Positions 22,662-33,892 are shown, numbered from the stretch's first letter. The stretch: 52,993 nt of DNA from a virus (IMGVR_UViG_3300019845_000023:69058-122050), one strand, 5' to 3'. Program-made: numbers and translations. The notes: generated by a model not told the origin, from the letters alone.

Positions 22662-24607
22662 TGCAGATAAATATTAAAGTTTCAAAGAATTTCACAACAT
22701 AGTGGAATAAATTACAGAATGAGTTCGGCACTCAACTTGCAGACTTAAATGGTTTTGGGGATGAATAGCTTTCTTACGGTGACTTCATTGATAATTTCGT
22801 TGATGTCCCCGTTGTTGCAGACAGCTCAATTGACTCAAACAGTAATGTAAGAAGAAAAGATATGGTAACTCTCCTTTCTGAAATGCCTAAGCCTCACAGA
22901 AAGCTTATGTCATTCCAGAAGATTTATTACGAAATGCAGAAGGAATATGGTTTTAAGGCTGCTAATGAGTGGTTGCGCCGCGATTGGATGGGAGAAATCT
23001 ATATGCACGATGCAGACACAGCAACATTCAAGTCCTATTGTTTTGCTTATGATTTAAAGGATTTGGCAGAAAAAGGACTATTCTTCCTTGGAGATACCTT
23101 CAATCCTAAGCCTCCTAAGCATTTGACTACTTTTGTTGATTTCGTAAAGGAATATATTAACTTTGCAAGCAATAGAACTTCAGGAGCCGTTGGCTTACCA
23201 AACCTTATTCCTTATATGTATTACTTCTGGAAGCAGGATTGGAACTGTGCTTATCTTGGTATGCAACAGTTTGAAGACTATGCAAAACAGAATATTCAGA
23301 GATTTATTTATGCTGTTAACCAGCCTTGCGTAAGAGATGGTCAGCAGTCAGCATTTACAAATACTTCTGTATTTGATAGAGAATATCTTATGGCGCTTTT
23401 CGGCGGTTCAGAGTTCCCAAATGGTGATATGATGGTTGACCACATTGAAGGAATTATGGATTTCCAAAAGATGTATATGGAAGTTATGGCAGACGTTCGT
23501 CACGAGAATATGTTCACTTTCCCTGTTTCTACCATGTCTATGGTAAGAAAGAATGGTAAGTTCCTTGACGAAGAATTTGCAGAATGGGCTATCAAGCATA
23601 ATATGCAATGGTCTGATAGTAACCTCTTTATTGATGATAACGTATCAAGCCTTTCTAATTGTTGCCGCCTTAAGAGCGATATTCGTGACCTTGGTTACTT
23701 CAACTCTATCGGTGGTACTGCATTGAAGGTTGGTTCTGTTAAGGTTAATACAATTAACTTAGCAAGACTTGCACTTGATACAAATACTAAGGAAGAATAT
23801 CTTGAAGAGCTTAAAGCAAGAATACTTTGTATTGTTCGTTCTCTTCATGTTGTTCGTCATATTATCAAGAGAGATGTCGAAAAGAAGCTTCTTCCGAATT
23901 TCTCTTATGGACTTATTGATTTCGAGCACCTTTACAATACAATCGGCTTCATTGGTATCTATGAAACTATGAAGAAGTTTGGTTGTACATATCAGGATAA
24001 ACTTGGTAATACATATTACACTCAGGAAGCCGCAGACTTCGGCGAGAAGATTTTCAATACTATTCGTGAAGTTGCAGACAATTTCCTTGAAGAGAATGGA
24101 TATGACTATAAGATAAACACAGAGCAAATCCCTGGTGAGAACGCCGCAGCCAAGCTGATGAGAAAGGATATGTTCTTCTATCCCGATGCTGACATTTATG
24201 ACTTACCTCTTTATGGTAATCAGTTTATGCCTCTTGGTATTAAGTCAACATTACAGGAAAGAGTTCGTGTTCAGGCTATGTTCGACGGCTTCTGTAACGG
24301 CGGCTCAATTCTTCACGCAAATATCGACGCTCCATTTAAGAACTATGAGACTGCAAGAAAGATGACAGAATATATTGCAGACCAGGGCGTTACATATTTC
24401 GCATTTAATACAAAGATACAGGCTTGTGAAGACAACCACGCTTTCTATGGTACAACTTGTCCTATCTGTGGTAAGCCTATTGCAACTGAGTACACAAGAG
24501 TTGTTGGTTTCTTAACTCCAATTAATACTTGGACAAGAGAAAGAAAGGCTGAATACAAGTTAAGAAAGTGGGAGCCTGTTAACGTAAACTTTGGAGATTT
24601 AATGTAA
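22661..24607 (+). CDS. nrdD: Anaerobic (class III) ribonucleoside-triphosphate reductase, 648 aa
   Basis: SNCCRL, TRVVGF glycyl-radical motif, CPICG; true start at 22661 (TAATG overlap) needs 2 TAG (codons 14, 36). Confidence 0.93.
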
Positions 24608-24969
24608 TGGAAAATAAAAAATTTTCTGAGGAAGAATTAAATCACCTTGTTGATATAGCAAGACCAGGATATATATTAACAGAAAAAGAAGCTAAAGTGG
24701 GATTAAAGAATCTTAATGATGGCGGAGTTATAACCCAAGAAAAGCTAAATGAACTTATTGAGAGGGCATTACTTCCAGTATGCCCTCCCGCTTTACCTCC
24801 TTCGGATATACTTAAAGTTGTAGATAATTATGCTTATGTTTTCCCTGTTGACCCAGAGAAACCTGTTAAAATTGTCTTTGAAGGTGAACATATGGAGGAA
24901 GAAGAAATCATTAATGCTCTTTATGAGAAGTTAAAGGAGATATGTAATGAAAATAGTAAATCTGATTGA
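24607..24969 (+). CDS. Hypothetical protein inserted between nrdD and nrdG
   Basis: Overlaps both neighbours; 120 aa; no recognisable motif. Confidence 0.7.
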   Translation: MENKKFSEEELNHLVDIARPGYILTEKEAKVGLKNLNDGGVITQEKLNELIERALLPVCPPALPPSDILKVVDNYAYVFPVDPEKPVKIVFEGEHMEEEEIINALYEKLKEICNENSKSD

Positions 24970-25468
24970 TGAAGACTTTTGTCAATATAAGAAGCCTTCT
25001 ATGTTTATAGGTATGCCCAAATGCTCATTCAAATGCGATAAGGAATGTGGAGTACAAGTTTGTCAGAACTCTGCATTGGCTAATGCGCCGCAGATTGATA
25101 TGAACCCAGTAGAAATAGCAACAAGATTTTACAATAATCCTATTTCTGAAGCAATTGTCTTTGGCGGCTTAGAGCCATTTGATAGCTTATTGGATATGTG
25201 TGAGCTGCTTTCTATTCTTTATGCTCTTTATAATTGCTCTTTTGATATAAAACAAGCTCCAGATATAGTTATCTATACTGGCTATTATCCGAATGAAATA
25301 AAAGATAAGCTGGAAACATTGAGAGTATATGAGGATATGAATATCATAATTAAATTCGGAAGATTTATTCCGAACAAACCAAGCCGCTTTGATGAGTTGC
25401 TTGGAGTTGAGTTGGCAAGTGATAATCAGTATGCTATGAGGCTGGAGGATATTACCGATGACGAGTGA
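24947..25468 (+). CDS. nrdG: Anaerobic RNR activating protein (radical SAM)
   Basis: C-SFK-C-(insert)-CQN cluster, GGLEPF, IYTGY, KFGRF, LASDNQ. Confidence 0.88.
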   Translation: MKIVNLIDEDFCQYKKPSMFIGMPKCSFKCDKECGVQVCQNSALANAPQIDMNPVEIATRFYNNPISEAIVFGGLEPFDSLLDMCELLSILYALYNCSFDIKQAPDIVIYTGYYPNEIKDKLETLRVYEDMNIIIKFGRFIPNKPSRFDELLGVELASDNQYAMRLEDITDDE

Positions 25469-25661
25469 TGGAAGATAGCCTGGTGCTCTTTGTCGTATGG
25501 AGAGAATAATAGAGAATAAAGACATAAGAGTACCTTTTAATAATGAAAAAAATGCGTAGATATGTTTCATTGACCCGCATACTATGACGCCATATGAGAA
25601 TGGAACTATCATAAGCGCTGGAACAGCATTTTTTAGATATACGGAGGGAGAACCAGGATGA
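25458..25661 (+). CDS. Hypothetical protein, 67 aa (absent from ORF track)
   Basis: GGAGG RBS; 2 TAG; overlaps both neighbours. Confidence 0.6.
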
Positions 25662-25882
25662 AAATGAAAGTTAATGATGATATAGTTCTTGTTGGCGAAA
25701 TTCGTGCCGCCCTCAAGAAAAATAAAGAGTTGTATGGTAAGTTCTATTGTCCTTGTGTACCTACCTTTAAATATAATACACAGAATGATTAGGACTATGT
25801 ATGTCCTTGCAAAGATTTCCGTGAGAATGTAAAGTGCGGTGATACTTGTCACTGTGGACTTTACGTAAAGGAGGAAGAATAA
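25658..25882 (+). CDS. Ferredoxin:thioredoxin reductase catalytic-subunit-like protein, 74 aa (absent from ORF track)
   Basis: YCPC...[Q]DYVCPC...CHCGLY = CPC/CPC/CHC signature; one TAG at 25790 between the first two motifs. Confidence 0.85.
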
Positions 25883-25992
25883 TGTTTTGGGTAGGATGTG
25901 CTATTTTTATAATTGGTTTTGGATTTGGACTTAGTTGTCGTGATGATTTCTCTGGAGAGAATAAAAAGCCCTGGCAAGATAAAGATGAGTGA
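25882..25992 (+). CDS. Small membrane peptide, 36 aa
   Basis: GGAGG RBS, TAATG overlap, MFWVGCAIFIIGFGFGL hydrophobic helix. Confidence 0.55.
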   Translation: MFWVGCAIFIIGFGFGLSCRDDFSGENKKPWQDKDE

Positions 25993-26003
25993 GGAGAATA
26001 AAG

Positions 26004-26336
26004 ATGAGCGATTTTAAATGTGACCACTGTATATGTAAAACTTGTTTAATTGCAGAAGTGAATGGCGGTGCGCCCGGCTGTGGAGATTGCTATAGATGTA
26101 TGAGCGATAAAGAGAATGACCATCCAGGTCAATGCACTAACTGCCCTGATTATTATAATACAGATACTGCAAAAGGTTTATCATTACATTATTTATTTAG
26201 TAAAATGGCTGGAGACAACGATAAACTTGAAGAAGAATATTGGGCTGAACTTGGTAAAGCCATAGCTGAAGATATAGACAAAAATTTTGTAGATGTAAAG
26301 GAGGCTGCAAATGGTAACAATAGTTCAAGGGAATAA
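26004..26336 (+). CDS. Cys-rich (putative Zn-binding) hypothetical protein
   Basis: CDHCICKTC...CGDCYRC...CTNC; GAGGAG RBS favours ATG 26004. Confidence 0.7.
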   Translation: MSDFKCDHCICKTCLIAEVNGGAPGCGDCYRCMSDKENDHPGQCTNCPDYYNTDTAKGLSLHYLFSKMAGDNDKLEEEYWAELGKAIAEDIDKNFVDVKEAANGNNSSRE

Positions 26337-26577
26337 AAATATATTAAAAGATTACAGATATTTCAAATGTAGGACTTGCGGTTGGGCAGGAAAAGCTGAA
26401 AAAGGTGAATATCATTATGGCGACCAGAGAGAACCTGAATGTTGGATGAAATGTCCTTGTTGTAAAAGTGCTGCTTGTGAGGTTACTGCACAAAGCGAAA
26501 TCCAATTTTTAATGGAGAAAGAAAAAGAAGATAATTATGCACATCAAATTCTCCATTATCCTCCAGGAGCAAGGTAA
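26311..26577 (+). CDS. Zn-ribbon hypothetical protein
   Basis: FKCRTCG...KCPCC; GGAGG RBS. Confidence 0.7.
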   Translation: MVTIVQGNKNILKDYRYFKCRTCGWAGKAEKGEYHYGDQREPECWMKCPCCKSAACEVTAQSEIQFLMEKEKEDNYAHQILHYPPGAR

Positions 26578-26593
26578 TTAAATAAACAAAGCG

Positions 26594-26638
26594 GTCAAGA
26601 TTTAATATCTTGACTTTTTTGTTGATATATGATATAAT
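26594..26638 (+). promoter_or_regulatory. Composite terminator hairpin plus σA promoter of gyrB
   Basis: GTCAAGAT-ttaat-ATCTTGAC then T-tract; TTGACT(26610)-N17-TATAAT(26633). Confidence 0.85.
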
Positions 26639-26669
26639 TATATAGAAATTAAAATAAAGGAGGAATTTA

Positions 26670-28532
26670 ATGAGCTACGGCGTAGAAGATATTAAATCAT
26701 TAAGTGCCGGCCGCGCTTTCAGAGAAAAGCTTGGTATGTACCTCTGTGGTGATAAGCAGAAGGCTATCAATCTTGGTTTGAGAGAGCTGGTAGTTAATGT
26801 ACAAGATGAATATGAAGTATATCAGCCTGCAAATCCTTATTGTAAGTTAACTCTTGACTCTAAGACAGGAATTATCAGATGTGAGGATAATGCGAGAGGT
26901 ATTCCAGTTGGTGTTCGTAGTGACGGCATAAACTCTTTAACTGCGGCATTTCTTATTCCCCATAGTGGTGGTAAGCACACCGAAGGAGCATACTCTTCAG
27001 CAGTTGGTATCAATGGTGAAGGTAATAAAATTGTTTGTCATACTGCGGAATGGCTTGAGGTTGAAGTCCACAGAGACGGAAACATTTACAAGCAGAGATT
27101 TGAGTCAGACGATGAGGGCGCACACCCTACTTCAGACGTTCAGATTATTGGTAAAGCAAATGATACTGGTACAATAATTACCTATAAACCAGACCCAAAG
27201 ATTTACGGAGATATTTTCATTGATACAGAGTCTTTTGAGGCGATGTTGAAGAATATGAGTCTATTCTCTAAGGGATTATCATTCATTTTCATCGTTGACG
27301 GCAAGGAAAAGACATTCTATTCTAAGAACGGTCTTATTGACGGTCTTAGTAAAGACAACGTTATGTTCCGTCCATTTTCATATTTTTATGAGACTCCCGA
27401 TTGTAAGGTTGAATTTGCTTTACAGTGGGTTACAAAGAAGGGTAATTTAAGAGGCTATGCTAACTCACTTTACGTTCCTAATGGCGGTAAGTTTATGAGT
27501 CAGTTTAAGTCCTCTCTTACAAGAACTTTTAATTCATTAGCTAAGTCTAAGTTTGAAGGTGAACAGATAAGAAATCTTCTTGACGGATTCGTTTCAGTTA
27601 AGGTTAAGGTAGGTCAGTGGTCTAACCAGCAGAAGGACTCACTTGAAAACCCTGAAGCTGGTACTGCGACATCAGCAGCTATATCTGCTTGCCTTAAGGA
27701 GTTCCAGATGGCTCGTCCAGAAGACTTCAATAAGGTTGTAGAGCTTTTAACTAAGCTTGATAAAGCAGACCGTGCCGCTGAAAGAGAACGTCAGAAGGTT
27801 CTTAACGCTGGTAAGGAAATTGAGAAAGAAACTAAGAAGAAATCAGTAATGGTTGATAAGCTTCTTGATTGTAGAAATCACGATGAAAATTCAATCATCT
27901 ACATCTGTGAGGGAGATTCTGCGCTTGGTTCTTTCACAAACTCTCGTGACAGTGAATATGTTGCCGCGATACCAGTTCGTGGTAAGATTATCAACGCATT
28001 GAAAAATGCACTTGATGAGGTACTTGAAAATCAAGAGGTTCAAGATATAGCTAAGGCTCTTGGCTGTGGAATCTTGGATAAGGTAAATTTAAAGAAACTC
28101 CGTTATGGTAAAGTTGCTATTGCGGCGGATGCTGACCCTGACGGTTTCGATATTGTATGCTTGCTCCTTGTATTATTCTATGTACTTATGCCAGAAGTTA
28201 TACAGGCAGGTAAGTTATATTGGGCACAGTTCCCACTTTACGAAGTAACTATTGGTAAAGAGTTAGTATTTGCATACGATGATGAAGAGCTCGAACAAAT
28301 AGTAGCAAAACATCCTGGTGCAGTCTATACTCGTAACAAAGGACTTGGTGAAATGGACCCCGATGTATTCGCACTTGCAGCTTATGGCGAAAACGCAAGA
28401 CTCATTCAATTTACTATTGAAGATGCTGAGGAGGCTGCTCGCATTCTCAATGTTCTTCTTGGTACAGAGAATGAAGAGCGTACAGATTACATTTTCAGCC
28501 ACGTTGATTTCTCTGTGGTTGATGGAGAATAA
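26670..28532 (+). CDS. gyrB: Type IIA topoisomerase (gyrase) subunit B
   Basis: GHKL motifs (DNARGIP, GINGEG), EGDSA, PVRGK, DADPDG, KGLGEM; no TAG. Confidence 0.93.
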   Translation: MSYGVEDIKSLSAGRAFREKLGMYLCGDKQKAINLGLRELVVNVQDEYEVYQPANPYCKLTLDSKTGIIRCEDNARGIPVGVRSDGINSLTAAFLIPHSGGKHTEGAYSSAVGINGEGNKIVCHTAEWLEVEVHRDGNIYKQRFESDDEGAHPTSDVQIIGKANDTGTIITYKPDPKIYGDIFIDTESFEAMLKNMSLFSKGLSFIFIVDGKEKTFYSKNGLIDGLSKDNVMFRPFSYFYETPDCKVEFALQWVTKKGNLRGYANSLYVPNGGKFMSQFKSSLTRTFNSLAKSKFEGEQIRNLLDGFVSVKVKVGQWSNQQKDSLENPEAGTATSAAISACLKEFQMARPEDFNKVVELLTKLDKADRAAERERQKVLNAGKEIEKETKKKSVMVDKLLDCRNHDENSIIYICEGDSALGSFTNSRDSEYVAAIPVRGKIINALKNALDEVLENQEVQDIAKALGCGILDKVNLKKLRYGKVAIAADADPDGFDIVCLLLVLFYVLMPEVIQAGKLYWAQFPLYEVTIGKELVFAYDDEELEQIVAKHPGAVYTRNKGLGEMDPDVFALAAYGENARLIQFTIEDAEEAARILNVLLGTENEERTDYIFSHVDFSVVDGE

Positions 28533-28556
28533 GGGAGAAGATAACTTCTCCTTTAT

Positions 28557-28585
28557 TTGATTTTTCAAATAAAATGTGATATAAT
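28557..28585 (+). promoter_or_regulatory. σA-type promoter of gyrA, right after a terminator hairpin (28532-28555)
   Basis: TTGATT-N17-TATAAT with TG extension. Confidence 0.75.
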
Positions 28586-28604
28586 ATAGAAAAGGAGTGA
28601 GAAA

Positions 28605-30995
28605 ATGAAGATAATTTCTAAAGAAATTCGAGAAGCTGTACCTGAAGCTTATCTTCCTTTCAGTGCTTATGTTATTCAGACAAGAGCATTACCTGATGCT
28701 CGTGACTGTTTAAAGACTGGCGGTAGATATATTCTTTGGTCACAGTATCTCCAAAAGAACACTTATGATAAAAATAGAAAGAAAGGTCCTGACGTTGTTG
28801 GTCCTGTATCACACTGGAATCCACACGGTGATGCAGGTATTTGGGATAATATCGTAAGATTTGCAAAGCCATTCTCTATGAGATATTGTCTTGAAGATAC
28901 AAAGGGAAATGTCGGCTCTATGAGACTCGGTAAGGACCACGCAGCTCCCCGTTATCTTGAACTTCGTAGCTCAGAAATTGCAAATGAGTTTACAAAGCTC
29001 ATTAAAAAAGATGCGGTAGAACATTGGAAGTTAAACTATTCTGGTGAAGATAAATACCCTTCCGTATTCCCAACTTTATTCCCTAACTTTGTAAATGGTA
29101 ATACTGGTATTGGTGTTGGATGTGCAAGTAGTATCCCTTGCTTCAATCTATCTGAAGCCATTAATTCTTTGAAGATATTGGTTAATAATAGAGACGCAAG
29201 CTATGATGAGATTTATATTGCACCTGACTTCCCTACTGGAGCTACAATTATAAATGGTGAAGCTGTAAAGGAATCATTACGTACTGGCCGCGGCAGAGCA
29301 GTAAAGCTCAGAGCAGTCATTGAATATGATGAAACAAAGAATGAACTTGAAATTCAGCAAGTACCATATCAGGTTTATACTGGAAGAGTTACTAAGCAGA
29401 TTGAAGAAGCAATAGCTGAAGGTAAGTTGCTTGGTATCAAGAGCTTCTATGACGGTACTGATAGGTCTTGTGGTAAGTATGGTACTAAAATTATAATTAC
29501 TTTAAATAAAGGAACTAATGTTAAGCAGTTAGTTCGTCAGCTTTATAAGGAAACTTCACTTCAATCTACTTTTACTGTTTGTCAGCTTATGCTTGAAAAT
29601 GGTACAAAGCCAAAACAGTATGGTTTGAAAGAAATGATGTTGGCATACCTTGACCATGCTATGGACTGCTTAAAGCGTTCTTATATCTTTGATTATAATA
29701 AGGTTAAGAAAACTCTCAATATCAAAGAGGGTTATCTTATAGCGATTGCTCACATTGATGAAGTTGTCCAGTTAATCAAATCTGCTGAATCAGAAGCTTC
29801 ACTTATCAAGACTTTTGAGGATAAATATGGTCTTAATGAAGAACAATCTAAGGCTATTATTGACCTTAAGTTAAGAAGCTTAATGAAATTAGAGCATATT
29901 AAGATTGAAAAGGAACTTGAAAAATTAAGAATTGAAGCTGAAGGACTCGATACTCTTATTAATGATGAGGCCGCTTTTAAGGCAGCATTTATCGCAGAGC
30001 TCGACAGAATTGATAAGAAGTGGGGAGACTCTCGTAGAACTACTGTACTTAATCTCAATTGTGATGATGAAAAGGAAGATGCAGAGCCTATCGAGAAGAA
30101 GGAACTTCTTATATACTACACTAATCTTGGCAACATTTATACCGTAGAAAGCTCTACTCTTATGAAAACGCGCCGCGGTGGCAAGGGTTCTAAGATTAAG
30201 ATGGCAGATAATGAAGCAATCGTCAAGACAATTAATGATGACAACTTTAGCTCATTAATGATATTCTCTAACCTTGGACAGGCATATGCGTTGTCTATTG
30301 ACGACCTTCCTGTAAATTCAAAGGTTAATGTAGCACAGCTATTCGATTTCAAACCTGACGAAAAGCCTACAACTATTACCTCAGTAAATCGTAGAAACGG
30401 TATCGAATACTATGTCTTTGTAACTAAGAACGGTATGATTAAGAAGACTGCGGGCGAGGAGTACAACTTTAAGAGAGGTAAGGCTCTTAAGGCAATCAAT
30501 CTTAAAGACGGCGATGAAGTTGTAAATGTTCTCTTTATGAAGAACGAACAAGTCGGAATCTTGACAAATAACGGAAATTTTGTTAAAATAAATACAGAAG
30601 ATATAAATGCAATAGGAAGAGCAACAGCAGGTGTCAAGGCTATTAAGCTTAATGACGATGACTATGTAATTGACGCAAAAATAATCGACGAAAAGGATAA
30701 GTATATGATTACACTTTCTGAACGTGGCTTGATTAAGAAAGCTTCTATGAGCGAGTTCCCAGTTTGTGGCCGCCCCATCAAGGGTAAGAAGATTTCTGAC
30801 ACAAGAGACGGAGACAAAATAGTCAAATTCTTGACTTTAAATGAAGAAAGTGATATAATAATTATAGTAAAACGAAAGAACATAAAAATATCAACTTCTG
30901 AGTTAAGAGAGCTCACTCGCAATGCTACTGGCGTAAAAGCTATAAACATTGATGAAGGCGACATAGCTTCAGATTTAGTGAGGGGATAGGAATGA
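28605..30995 (+). CDS. gyrA: Type IIA topoisomerase (gyrase) subunit A, 796 aa
   Basis: RALPDARD, HPHGD-like NPHGD, catalytic AAPRY, beta-pinwheel repeats, TRRGGKG GyrA-box-like motif; apparent TAG stop at 30987 reads on to TAG-GAA-TGA, giving an ATGA overlap with the next gene. Confidence 0.93.
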
Positions 30996-31429
30996 GTATC
31001 GAAACTAAAATCGAAAAGATAAAGGCGGAGAAGGAGAGTGCCATTGAGGCACTCAACCTCTACCTTGATTCTATATACAATATGACTGACAGATTCTTCG
31101 ATAACCAGATATAGGAAGTAGATGGTGAGAAAAAGGTGGTCCGTGTTCTTAAAGAAGGACTGGAACCTGATGAGAAGATTGAAGGATTTGTAAAGGAATT
31201 AAACTCTGATGCAAGTGCGTATGAAAATGTTAGAGGAAAGTTATTGTCTGACGACTTTAATTTGTCCCTCACTGAAATCGCAAGAATAGGACTTGCTTTT
31301 ACTTTCGCAGGAATAGTAATCCAAAAGAGAGTGGAAGAAAGTCAGAGAGCGCTTGCCCAAATCAAGACGACAATTGACGTTTTGATGGAAGGAGAAACTC
31401 AAAATGTTGACTTTTCCAAAGAAGTTTGA
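30992..31429 (+). CDS. Hypothetical helical protein, 145 aa
   Basis: One TAG (codon 41) joins ATG 30992 to track ORF 31136-31429. Confidence 0.75.
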
Positions 31430-31523
31430 TATAATATATATAGAAAATCAAACAAAGGCATAAGACCTTTGAGGAAAAGGAATAAGTTGAAAATTTGACT
31501 TTTAATTCCGATTGTGTTATAAT
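31407..31523 (+). promoter_or_regulatory. Tandem σA-type promoters
   Basis: TTGACT(31407)-N17-TATAAT(31430) and TTGACT(31495)-N17-TATAAT(31518), both TG-extended. Confidence 0.85.
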
Positions 31524-31616
31524 TATTAAGGTAAATAAATAGCAATATGTGGAAAACCCACCTGCTATTTTATTTAATACATTTTAAATTTTAAATTTTT
31601 AAAGGAGTGATTTACA

Positions 31617-31886
31617 ATGGCAACAAAGATGACTGAAGGTTCAAGAAAGGTATTTGAGTATCTCAAGGCAGCAGGCGCAGGTGTCGCTTTCACAACTAAG
31701 TAGGTATAGGAAGCTCTCGGATTCGAGAAGGCTGGTTCTGTAACTGGTTCTGTTACTGGTCTTTGCAAGAAGGGCTACGCAGAGAGATTTACAGAGACTG
31801 TTGAGGATGAGAACGGCAAGAAGACTGAGGTTAAGAAGTTCGCTCTTACTGAGGCTGGCGCTAACTTCGACCCAGATGCTGAATAA
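31617..31886 (+). CDS. Small winged-helix DNA-binding protein, 89 aa (absent from ORF track)
   Basis: AAGGAG RBS; KVFEYLK...FTTK[Q]V[Q]EALG...VTGLCKKGYAER...KKFALTEAG matches a wHTH pattern; 2 TAG. Confidence 0.75.
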
Positions 31887-31907
31887 TTGAAGTCAGACGA
31901 ATTTAAA

Positions 31908-31936
31908 AGGGCGATATAACTATCGCCCTAAATTTT
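31908..31936 (+). terminator. Hairpin/terminator after the wHTH gene
   Basis: AGGGCGATA-taac-TATCGCCCT; weak U-tract. Confidence 0.55.
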
Positions 31937-31971
31937 ACTAAGAAAAAATATCCCAGACGGAGGAAATGTAA

Positions 31972-32877
31972 ATGTTAAATATCGAAAAAACTCAGAGTGA
32001 TAATTCAGTATATATGAGCGGCGTTCTTAATGAACTTGACATAACCACAGGCCAGTCTAAGGACGGCAAAGAGTGGATTCGTGGTACAGCAGTAATTAAG
32101 TGCGATTAGGAGATTAACGGAGTTCCCGTTGAGTGCCTTGGCACAGTAAAGATGTTCTCTATGAGATTGAAGAAGGACGGAGACCTTAATAAGGTTTACG
32201 ACAGAATCCTTGGCTATAAGGAGAAGTTCACCTCAGAGGCAGCTGCTGATGAAGACCATCCAGCTTCTAAGGTTACTGTAACTGGTCAGCTTGAAGAGAA
32301 TATTTGGATTGACAGCACTACAGGTAAGGAGCGCTCTACTTTCCAGATTAGTTCTAACTTCTTAAATGACAAGAGAGAAGGCGACGAAGATGGTATTAAG
32401 TTCCAGCTTTCAGGTGTCGTACTTAATGACCCTACAAATGCTGATGAAATCGACAAGAATGATGAGCCTACAGGCAGAATCCGTATCAAGTTCGGCGTAA
32501 TCGGTTACGGCGGCAAGATTAACGTTCTTGACCTTTATGCTTCTGAAGGTGCAAAGAGCCACATTCAGGACAGCTGGAATAAGGAAGACACAGTTAAGGT
32601 AACTGGTCGTGTTAATGTAACAAAGAAAATTGAGCAGATAGAGGAAAAGCAGGGCTTTGGTGAGTCTATCATCAAGACTCGTACTATTTCTACTAAGGAG
32701 CTTATCATAACTGGTGGTTCTGCTTCTGGTCTTGAGGAAGAGCTTTCATATGACAGCGATTCCATTAAGAAGGCATTAGGAGACCGTAGAGCTAAGATAG
32801 ACGAATTAATTGAAAATAGTAAGAACTCTACATCAAAGGCAGCTCCAAAGAATAAGAGTACTGATTTCGGATTTTAA
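31972..32877 (+). CDS. ssb: Single-stranded DNA-binding protein (double OB-fold type), 301 aa
   Basis: GGAGG RBS; OB-like VTVTGQL and VKVTGRV repeats; C-terminal STDFGF; one TAG at codon 46. Confidence 0.75.
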
Positions 32878-32917
32878 TTAATCCGAAATCTAACTTTATA
32901 TCAAAGGAGTGATTTAA

Positions 32918-33892
32918 ATGCCTATAGATTTACTTAATCTACAACCTCAAGTAATTTCAAAAAATTTAAGAGGTAAATACATAATGCTTTATGGCTTGCC
33001 AGGCGTTGGTAAAACAAGCCTCGCGGCACAGTTCGAGAAAGTTCTTATCGCAGGTTTTGAAATGGGTACTAATGCACTTAATAATGTATATGTTGCCCCT
33101 ATAAAGACTTGGGATGACTGGAAGAAAATGGTAAAGGACTTATGTAGAAAAGATGAACTTAAGGATAAATTCCACGCTATTGCTGTTGATACAGTTGATG
33201 AAGCTTGGAACCTTTGTACAAAATACGTATGTGGACAGGCAGGTGTTGATAACCTTAGCGATGTCGGCTTCGGTAAACTTTATGCAGAAGCTTCTAAGGA
33301 GTTCGCACAGCCATTCAGAGATTTAGCTTATAACGGCTATGGTTTAATCTTTACAAGCCACTCCGCAGAGAAGGAGTTTAAGAATGAGAAGGGTGAGAAA
33401 TACACTCAGATTGTTCCAGCTCTTCAGAACCGTGCATTTGACATTATCAACAAGATGGTTGATATTATTGCATACATAAGAGAAATTTCTCTCGAAGATG
33501 GCGACAAAGTTATTCGTAAGCGTTTTATGTTTCTTCGTGATGAGGTCGGCGATAGATTCTTAGTTAAATCAAGATATCGTTATATTGCCCCTCGTATTCC
33601 ACTCGACTACAACGCATTAGTTGAGGCTATATATAAGGCAATAGACGATGAGTGCGCTAATTCTGGCGGCGCAGCTACGGATGAACATAATCCATATACA
33701 ACCTTAAATTTCGATGAACTAATGGAAGAAGCAAAGATGTTATGGGGCCAGGTTGTCCAAAACAACAAGGTCGGTGAGGCTTCAGCTATATTGGAGTCTG
33801 TCTTTGGAAAACCTAAAAAGTTTTCAGAAATCTTACCTGAAGAGGTTGATGGGCTCAATCAAGTTTTGATTGAGGTACGTGCTATACTTTGA
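32918..33892 (+). CDS. AAA-family (Sak4/AAA_24-like) recombination ATPase
   Basis: YGLPGVGKT, IAVDTVD, FTSH, VDIIAY; adjacent to SSB. Confidence 0.8.
   Translation: MPIDLLNLQPQVISKNLRGKYIMLYGLPGVGKTSLAAQFEKVLIAGFEMGTNALNNVYVAPIKTWDDWKKMVKDLCRKDELKDKFHAIAVDTVDEAWNLCTKYVCGQAGVDNLSDVGFGKLYAEASKEFAQPFRDLAYNGYGLIFTSHSAEKEFKNEKGEKYTQIVPALQNRAFDIINKMVDIIAYIREISLEDGDKVIRKRFMFLRDEVGDRFLVKSRYRYIAPRIPLDYNALVEAIYKAIDDECANSGGAATDEHNPYTTLNFDELMEEAKMLWGQVVQNNKVGEASAILESVFGKPKKFSEILPEEVDGLNQVLIEVRAIL

Noticed and set aside
25187-25852. 221-aa minus-strand ORF, and similar antisense ORFs (e.g. 14743-15069 +, 23759-24127 -, 29750-30058 -, 45875-46291 -, 48020-48439 -)
   Set aside because: Shadow frames opposite well-supported genes, with no RBS or motifs
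32863-32890. Perfect 11-bp hairpin over the ssb stop codon as a terminator
   Set aside because: No U-tract, and the next gene follows without a new promoter; at most an RNA-stability element
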